Assembly: GCA_041661385.1 (NCBI GenBank)
Contig: JBAZUP010000001.1
Location: 7,382-71,381 of the forward strand
Source: Patescibacteria group bacterium
GTDB lineage: Bacteria; Patescibacteriota; Patescibacteriia; Magasanikbacterales; GWA2-37-8
Length of the DNA stretch: 64,000 nucleotides
Direction of reading: 5' to 3'
Under the pieces are notes generated by a model. That model saw nothing but the letters and a program-made list of their open reading frames with translations. It did no database searches and was not told the DNA's origin. Made by a program: the position numbers and the translations under genes. Below, one piece after another: positions 58,322 through 64,000 of this stretch (positions within the stretch are counted from its first letter, which is position 1; each line of letters opens with the position of its first letter).

Positions 58322-59044
58322 ATGAAAATATTTATCGACAGCGCAGAGGTAAAAGAGGTTGAGAAGTATCTCAGCTGGGGAATCTGTGATGGTGTAACTA
58401 CCAATCCAAGTATTTGTCTGAAATCTGGCGTAAAAGGTGGTGAAGAGGGTATGAAGAAAAGGGCAATCGAGATTGCAAAATTAATTTCACCAAATCCCTT
58501 GAGCGTTGAGGTGACTACCGATAATGAAGCAGAAATACTTGTTCAAGCCAGAAAATATAATGCCTGGGCTGAAAATATTTCCGTGAAGGTGACCATAACT
58601 GATAAAAATGGTGTTGGACTACTTCCTGTGATTTATAAGCTGGTCAGCGAGGGTGTTTCGGTAAATGTAACTGCGATGATGACTTTTAACCAGGCGATTT
58701 TGGCAGCCAAAGCAATTAACGCCGGACTCGCGGTTGCAAAAAATAAAAAGACCCACTTCATCAGTATTTTTGCCGGACGTGTTTCCGAGGAACATGGTGT
58801 AGAACAAGCTCAAAAAGTCCTTAAAGAAGTCAGAGAATGGTTAGATTTTCATAATTATAAAAATATTGAAATAATTGTCGGTTCGGTGCGCACTCCGGAG
58901 AACGTAGAATTATGGAGTAAGAGCGGTGCACACATTCTTACAATACCGCCGGAGGTTATCTCAAAATGTTTGATGTCGGCTCGTACTAAAGAGACTGTCG
59001 TGCAATTTTTAGGCGATGCCAGCAAAGCCCTGCAACAGTTATAA
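58322..59044 (+). CDS. tal: transaldolase / fructose-6-phosphate aldolase family
   Basis: MKIFIDSAEVKEV...GVTTNPS N-terminus and active-site lysine region. 240 aa. Confidence 0.85.
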   Translation: MKIFIDSAEVKEVEKYLSWGICDGVTTNPSICLKSGVKGGEEGMKKRAIEIAKLISPNPLSVEVTTDNEAEILVQARKYNAWAENISVKVTITDKNGVGLLPVIYKLVSEGVSVNVTAMMTFNQAILAAKAINAGLAVAKNKKTHFISIFAGRVSEEHGVEQAQKVLKEVREWLDFHNYKNIEIIVGSVRTPENVELWSKSGAHILTIPPEVISKCLMSARTKETVVQFLGDASKALQQL

Positions 59045-59192
59045 AATTTTGGGTTATTTAGCATATTTTTAAGTAAAATAACCTTTTTATAAAAAGGTTA
59101 TTTTGTTAATCCTTATATGAGAAAAGAGCTTGATTAAGTACGGAAAAAAGAGTAGTATTATCTTACATTTGATAATGAGTTGTTTATAAAAT

Positions 59193-60020
59193 ATGGGAAT
59201 CGGCAATCAAAAAATCTCGGCCTGTATTGTGGTTTATAACGAAGAAAAACTCATTGAACGCTGCCTGAAAAGTATTTATGGATTTGTTGATGAAATAATA
59301 TTGGTGCATGATGGGGAATGTTTAGATAAAACACTGGAAATCGCCAAAAAATATACGGATAAGATATTTATCAGGGAGCATATTGGTATTGCGGAGCCTC
59401 ACCGGAGCTTTAGCTATAGAGAAGCAAAGAACGAATGGATCTTGCAGGTTGATGCCGACGAATATTTTGCGAAAGAGGATCTGGAAAAAATATCGAATTT
59501 ATTGGAAACAGGTATAGCCGACGGCTACTGGATTAAGTGGGAAATGTGGAATGGTAAAGAAGCTGTTCGTATCGATGGTCTAAAGAAAATGGCTTTGTTT
59601 AAAAAAAGCAAAGCCTCAAATCTTGGCATCCCTCAAGTCGCAGTCGCCATTAATGGAAAAACAGAAAATGTTGACATTTTATTACATCACAAACCTCTTA
59701 CTGAAAATATTTCCTGGAAATTTTTTTTAAAAAAGATGAATTATTGGTTGGTATCTAATGTTAAATACTACTTCCCTGAATTGGTTGAATACGAATGTTT
59801 CAATGCCGATATTAATCCGTGGATTGAATATACAAAAAAAGTTCACAAATATCCGTTTTTTTACATATTTTTTTATCCATTGAAGAATTTTTTTGGACAG
59901 TTAAAAAATGGACTGTGGAAGACTCCACTCGGAATAAACATGGCGATACAACAATTTGTATATTATTTTTCTCTATATTCTAGAGTATGGAAAATGGACC
60001 GAAAGTTAAAATCGCACTAG
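59193..60020 (+). CDS. glycosyltransferase family 2
   Basis: ISACIVVYNEEKLIERCLKSI and VDADE (DxD). Confidence 0.75.
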   Translation: MGIGNQKISACIVVYNEEKLIERCLKSIYGFVDEIILVHDGECLDKTLEIAKKYTDKIFIREHIGIAEPHRSFSYREAKNEWILQVDADEYFAKEDLEKISNLLETGIADGYWIKWEMWNGKEAVRIDGLKKMALFKKSKASNLGIPQVAVAINGKTENVDILLHHKPLTENISWKFFLKKMNYWLVSNVKYYFPELVEYECFNADINPWIEYTKKVHKYPFFYIFFYPLKNFFGQLKNGLWKTPLGINMAIQQFVYYFSLYSRVWKMDRKLKSH

Positions 60021-61159
60021 TTAGAGGTGACAGTCTTAATGAATGGGAGGGTAAGTTGTGGGGAAAGCTACCCCGTAATTTCGACGTAACCGGATTTTGT
60101 TCGGCCAATAATTTGTATGATGCAAAAAGTTTATCATTTCCTGTCAAGACCTTGAGATCGACCGGAGATAATTTTTTTATAAATAATATTTGCAAATATG
60201 GACTGGGAGTCTTTCAAAAAATGTATGGTCTTGAAAATGAATTAAAGGACTTCGAAATAGCTCATACTGCGGAAATTTCGTATTTTTATACTTTACAAGC
60301 TGTCCGCGCCAAAAAAATAAATCCAAAACTAAAAGTTGTCACCACGGTATGGGATAATAGTTTTGGTAGATTTGAGTACAATTATATTTTCGGTTTGAAA
60401 GCACCTCAATTTTGGGTGCAGAAAATGCTGAGAAACATGCAAGAAATAGTCGAAGGCGTGGACATGTTTTTACCAGTAAGCAATTTAAGTGCTGCAACAC
60501 TCACCGATCTTGGTGTAGATCAAAAAAAGATCACGATTCTGACGCCTGCTGTAGATTCTGCCGGCGAACCAAAAAAGAAAATCTCAGATTATGCGCCTCA
60601 CTTGGAAGGAAAACAACCATATTTTATGGTTTGTAGGCTGGTGAAAGAAAAGGGCGTTTACGACGTTTTATATGCATGGAAAATGTTAAAGAAAGAAAAT
60701 AAGGCAGAAGACAAAGTATTATTGATCGTAGGTAAAGGACCAGAAGAACAAAATATGCGTCGTTTGGTTGCGGAATGGCATTTAGAAAAATTGATTATAT
60801 TTTTGGGTTTGATTCCGAACAGTGATCTGAAGTTTTTTTATCGTGATGCTAAGGCGTTGATATTGGCAAGCCTGCCGGGTCCGCTATGGCAAGAGCAATT
60901 TGGTTATGTTATAGCAGAAGCAATCAATCAGGGGTGTCCGGTTGTCAGTACTTATTCGGGAGCTATTCCTGAAGTCATTGGAAACGCTGGTTTGCTTTTT
61001 TCTCCAGGAAATCCAGTGGAGTTAAAAAATTGCTTGAAAAAATTAGATGATGTGAATGTGTACAGACAATTGCAAACGAATTGTGAAACAGTAAAAGAAA
61101 AATTTTTAACTGAAAAATTCGTTTCTAGATTAATAGAAATATATACAAATTTAAAATAA
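59987..61159 (+). CDS. glycosyltransferase family 4 (GT-B)
   Basis: C-terminal motif EQFGYVIAEAINQGCPVVSTYSGAIPEVI. Confidence 0.8.
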   Translation: MENGPKVKIALVRGDSLNEWEGKLWGKLPRNFDVTGFCSANNLYDAKSLSFPVKTLRSTGDNFFINNICKYGLGVFQKMYGLENELKDFEIAHTAEISYFYTLQAVRAKKINPKLKVVTTVWDNSFGRFEYNYIFGLKAPQFWVQKMLRNMQEIVEGVDMFLPVSNLSAATLTDLGVDQKKITILTPAVDSAGEPKKKISDYAPHLEGKQPYFMVCRLVKEKGVYDVLYAWKMLKKENKAEDKVLLIVGKGPEEQNMRRLVAEWHLEKLIIFLGLIPNSDLKFFYRDAKALILASLPGPLWQEQFGYVIAEAINQGCPVVSTYSGAIPEVIGNAGLLFSPGNPVELKNCLKKLDDVNVYRQLQTNCETVKEKFLTEKFVSRLIEIYTNLK

Positions 61160-61163
61160 ACAA

Positions 61164-61841
61164 ATGAAAAATTTCTTAAAATTTTTATCAATATTGAGCC
61201 AAACTGGTCTAAGAACCATATATTTTAATTTTAAATATTTGTCTTTTAATCAGGCAATCCATTTTCCAATTTTGGTTTCACGGAACGCGTTGATGAATAA
61301 AGCAGGCGGAAGAGTTGTTATTAATTGTCCAATTCGTCCCGGGTTAATAAAGATTGGTTATAGCGGTGTTACAATTTTCGATTATAAAAGATCAAAATCG
61401 GTTTGGGATGTTTCTGGGCTTGTGACATTCGGTGGCAAGGCTAATATCGGTCACGGAGCAAAAATATCAGTGGGAGAAAATGGCGAGGTTTATTTTGGGG
61501 AGAATTTTATTTTATCGGCCGAAAGTTCAATCGTCGTAAGTAACAAGAGAGTCGTGTTTGGAAATGACACTCTTCTTTCATGGAATATTCTTGTTATGGA
61601 TACAGATTTTCATGTTATAAGAGATTCCGCAGGCAAAGTTATAAATGAACCAAAGGATATAATATTAGGCTCGCATGTTTGGGTTGGTTGTGGATCTGTT
61701 ATTTTGAAAGGTAGTATCATTCCAAATGATTCCATAATTGCAGCGAACAGCCTTGTATCCGGAGTATTAACTGGAGAAAAGAAAATATTTGGTGGCCAGC
61801 CGGCTAAAGAGCTTAAAAGTGAAGTAATTTGGGAATTATAA
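61164..61841 (+). CDS. hexapeptide-repeat (LbH) acetyltransferase
   Basis: Repeated [LIV]GxxxxI hexapeptides (IGHGAKISVGENGEVYFGENFIL...ILGSHVWVGCGSVILKGSIIPNDSII). Confidence 0.75.
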   Translation: MKNFLKFLSILSQTGLRTIYFNFKYLSFNQAIHFPILVSRNALMNKAGGRVVINCPIRPGLIKIGYSGVTIFDYKRSKSVWDVSGLVTFGGKANIGHGAKISVGENGEVYFGENFILSAESSIVVSNKRVVFGNDTLLSWNILVMDTDFHVIRDSAGKVINEPKDIILGSHVWVGCGSVILKGSIIPNDSIIAANSLVSGVLTGEKKIFGGQPAKELKSEVIWEL

Positions 61842-61842
61842 T

Positions 61843-62508
61843 ATGTCAGTTGAGCAGCTTAAGTACAATTTTTCCGACGACCAAACCGGAGTGCATCGAC
61901 TGATTTTGGATAGGATTCCACCAAACAGTCGGGTTCTTGATGTTGGTTGTGCCACTGGTTATCTTGGTCAACGGTTAGTGCTGTCAGGCTGCGAGGTATG
62001 GGGTATTGAGCCGGATAAAACCAGCTATGAACATGCTCTTAATAAAGGATATAAAAATATTATCAATCTCTCTGTTGAAGCCGCGCTGGAAAGTGATATC
62101 ATAAAGAATGAGAAATTCGATAGAATAATCGTTGCTGATGTTTTAGAACACCTAGTTAATCCGATCTTGGTCCTAAATTCGCTGAAGATACATAGTAAAC
62201 CGGACGGAAAAATTTTAGTATCTTTACCAAATATAGCTCATTATTCAATTCGTTTGGCATTATTATTTGGAAAATTTGATATGGTTGACACTGGAATTTT
62301 AGACAAGACCCACCTGCATTTCTACACACTTAAAGCAATGTATAAATTATTGGAAGACGGAGGTTGGAAAATCGAGGAGGTGCGGCCGCGCGGTGATCTT
62401 GAACGCTGGTTCAGGAAGATCGGACTAGAGAAAGTGGGAAAATTTTTTCAATTTATATTTCAAAAAATATTTGCGTACCAATTTATTATTATCGCACGTC
62501 CCTTGTAA
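61843..62508 (+). CDS. class I SAM-dependent methyltransferase
   Basis: RVLDVGCATGYLG motif I and DRIIVADVLEHL motif II/III. Confidence 0.7.
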   Translation: MSVEQLKYNFSDDQTGVHRLILDRIPPNSRVLDVGCATGYLGQRLVLSGCEVWGIEPDKTSYEHALNKGYKNIINLSVEAALESDIIKNEKFDRIIVADVLEHLVNPILVLNSLKIHSKPDGKILVSLPNIAHYSIRLALLFGKFDMVDTGILDKTHLHFYTLKAMYKLLEDGGWKIEEVRPRGDLERWFRKIGLEKVGKFFQFIFQKIFAYQFIIIARPL

Positions 62509-62517
62509 AATTATATT

Positions 62518-63096
62518 ATGAAAAAATTTTTGAGTAATTTATATTATAAATATTTAAATCGCACTGAGTCGCATAATATTGGCTGTGATTATACAAAAAG
62601 AGTTTTAAAGAACAGATTTTTTGAGATTGGTGAATATACTTATGGTATTCCCAAAGTTATCGGTTTTGGTTCAGAAAAAAATCGGTTGGTTATCGGTAAG
62701 TTTTGCTCATTTGGTTCCGATATTCAGATTTTTTTATGTGCAGATCACAGAATTGATTGGGTTACGAGCTACCCGCTTGGTTTATTAAAAGGCGTTATTT
62801 CCAAAGCCGGAGGCAATATCGGCAAGGGTGATATATTGATTGGGAATGATGTTTGGGTGGGAAATAATGCGCTAATTATGTCTGGCGTTAAGATCGGCAA
62901 TGGAGCAGTCATTGGTGCTGGTTCAATTATAACAAAAGATGTTTTGCCATATGAAGTTGTCGCTGGAAATCCGGCTCGGCACATCAAGTTTAGATTCTCA
63001 GAGGAAAAAATTCAGAAATTACTGGAAATGAAGTGGTGGGATTGGTCAATCAAGGAGATAATTTCTAAATCTGATTTTTTAAGTTCTCCTTTCTAA
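62518..63096 (+). CDS. xenobiotic-acetyltransferase-family (XAT) hexapeptide acetyltransferase
   Basis: [51 protein letters not shown]. Confidence 0.8.
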   Translation: MKKFLSNLYYKYLNRTESHNIGCDYTKRVLKNRFFEIGEYTYGIPKVIGFGSEKNRLVIGKFCSFGSDIQIFLCADHRIDWVTSYPLGLLKGVISKAGGNIGKGDILIGNDVWVGNNALIMSGVKIGNGAVIGAGSIITKDVLPYEVVAGNPARHIKFRFSEEKIQKLLEMKWWDWSIKEIISKSDFLSSPF

Positions 63097-63116
63097 GTTT
63101 TAGTGATTGATTTTGT

Positions 63117-63809
63117 ATGCTTCATGTTTCGATTATCATCCCAACTTATAATGAAGCCGACAACTTGGAGCCGCTGCTGCAAGAAATTTTTTCGTCAGTT
63201 GATAAAAATCGATTCGATGTCGAGGTTATTATAGTGGATGATAATTCACCCGATGGTACCGGTAGGATTGCCGACCAGCTTTCGGTTCGTTTTCCTCTTC
63301 AGATTATACATCGTTCCAGTAAACTCGGTCTCGGTAGCGCTGTGCGTGAAGGGTTTGCAAAGTCAAAAAGAGATGTTGTTGGAGTAATGGATGCCGATTT
63401 AAGCCATGATCCAAATATAGTTAATAAACTTCTCGGCGAATTGGAAAATGGCGCTGACCTGGTGATCGGGAGTCGTTTTGAAGAGGGAAGCGTGGTAGAA
63501 AAATGGAAATGGTGGCGGAAGGTTATTTCTAAAACGGGTGTTTTTATTACTAAATTTATCACTGGTGTAAATGATCCGCTCAGTGGATATTTTTTTCTGA
63601 GAAAAAAAGTCATTGACGGCGTTGATCTGACAGCGACTGGTTATAAAATTTTGTTGGAAATATTAGTTAAAGGAAATCACGGACCAGTGAAGGAGGTTCC
63701 GTTCCGCTTTAGAATTCGACTTCATAGTACAAGTAAGCTTAGCGCGGTCGAATACTGGCTATTTTTTCAGCAGATTATTGCTTATGGTTGGTATAAGTTA
63801 TTTAGATAG
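63117..63809 (+). CDS. GT2 dolichol/polyprenol-phosphate mannose(hexose) synthase-like
   Basis: VSIIIPTYNEADNLEPLLQEI...VIIVDDNSPDGTG and DADLSH. Soluble, 230 aa. Confidence 0.8.
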   Translation: MLHVSIIIPTYNEADNLEPLLQEIFSSVDKNRFDVEVIIVDDNSPDGTGRIADQLSVRFPLQIIHRSSKLGLGSAVREGFAKSKRDVVGVMDADLSHDPNIVNKLLGELENGADLVIGSRFEEGSVVEKWKWWRKVISKTGVFITKFITGVNDPLSGYFFLRKKVIDGVDLTATGYKILLEILVKGNHGPVKEVPFRFRIRLHSTSKLSAVEYWLFFQQIIAYGWYKLFR

Positions 63810-63810
63810 T

Positions 63811-64000
63811 ATGTTGAAATTAAAAAAAATTATCCAAAATAACTGGCAGCTGTCGTCGGTTTTTTTTGTTTCTGTGATTTTATTATTATGGAATATTTCC
63901 GGACGCACCTTCTGGATGGATGAAACGGCGGTTTTGTTATATTTGAAGTATCCAGTAATCGACTTCATTAAATATTATTGGACCATCCCAGATAATCATC
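63811..64000 (+). CDS. 3'-truncated membrane protein (possible polyprenol-P-sugar-dependent GT-C glycosyltransferase)
   Basis: ATG at 63811. Hydrophobic segment SSVFFVSVILLLW. Runs off the window edge. Confidence 0.3.
   Translation, partial: MLKLKKIIQNNWQLSSVFFVSVILLLWNISGRTFWMDETAVLLYLKYPVIDFIKYYWTIPDNH

Noticed and set aside
1-64000. CRISPR array or cas genes
   Set aside because: No short (25-40 bp) direct repeats with regular unique spacers anywhere. The repeated elements are long, modular and irregularly spaced.

Overview
Low-GC (~35-40%) bacterial window. Most genes lack a Shine-Dalgarno sequence, and an Elp3 homolog is present; both fit an uncultivated Patescibacteria/CPR-like organism, but that placement is inference only. 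Coordinates 1-8400 carry housekeeping genes: ybeY, a dgkA-like kinase, ftsA, ftsZ, nrdR, glyA. Coordinates 8400-12900 carry a eukaryote/archaea-like HAD 5'-nucleotidase, a radical-SAM Elp3 homolog, a Trm9-like methyltransferase and a GT4 glycosyltransferase. Coordinates 13000-27200 are an accessory zone. It holds two GC-rich (~60%) islands that look horizontally acquired, a tRNA-Val, a transporter, an HTH regulator with TGTATACA palindromic operators, and an ECF sigma/anti-sigma pair followed by a 1.2-kaa secreted surface protein. Three copies of a modular intergenic repeat sit in this zone; their hairpins differ compensatorily between copies, which suggests a structured ncRNA or MITE-like element. 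Coordinates 27253-64000 form a ~37 kb glycan locus on one strand. It opens with a Wzy_C/O-antigen-ligase-like membrane protein carrying a TPR tail. It then encodes a CDP-3,6-dideoxyhexose pathway (rfbF, rfbG, rfbH) plus a YerE-like TPP enzyme, a GDP-colitose pathway (gmd, colD, colC), and a GDP-heptose pathway (gmhA, hddA, gmhB, hddC, transaldolase). It also carries a Wzx flippase, many GT2/GT4 glycosyltransferases, three methyltransferases, two hexapeptide acetyltransferases, an acyltransferase-3 and a B12-binding radical SAM enzyme. The best candidate for an undescribed system is this surface-protein-linked glycosylation locus, which appears to build a glycan containing two different 3,6-dideoxy sugars, one possibly branched. 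The intergenic structured repeat family is the second candidate.
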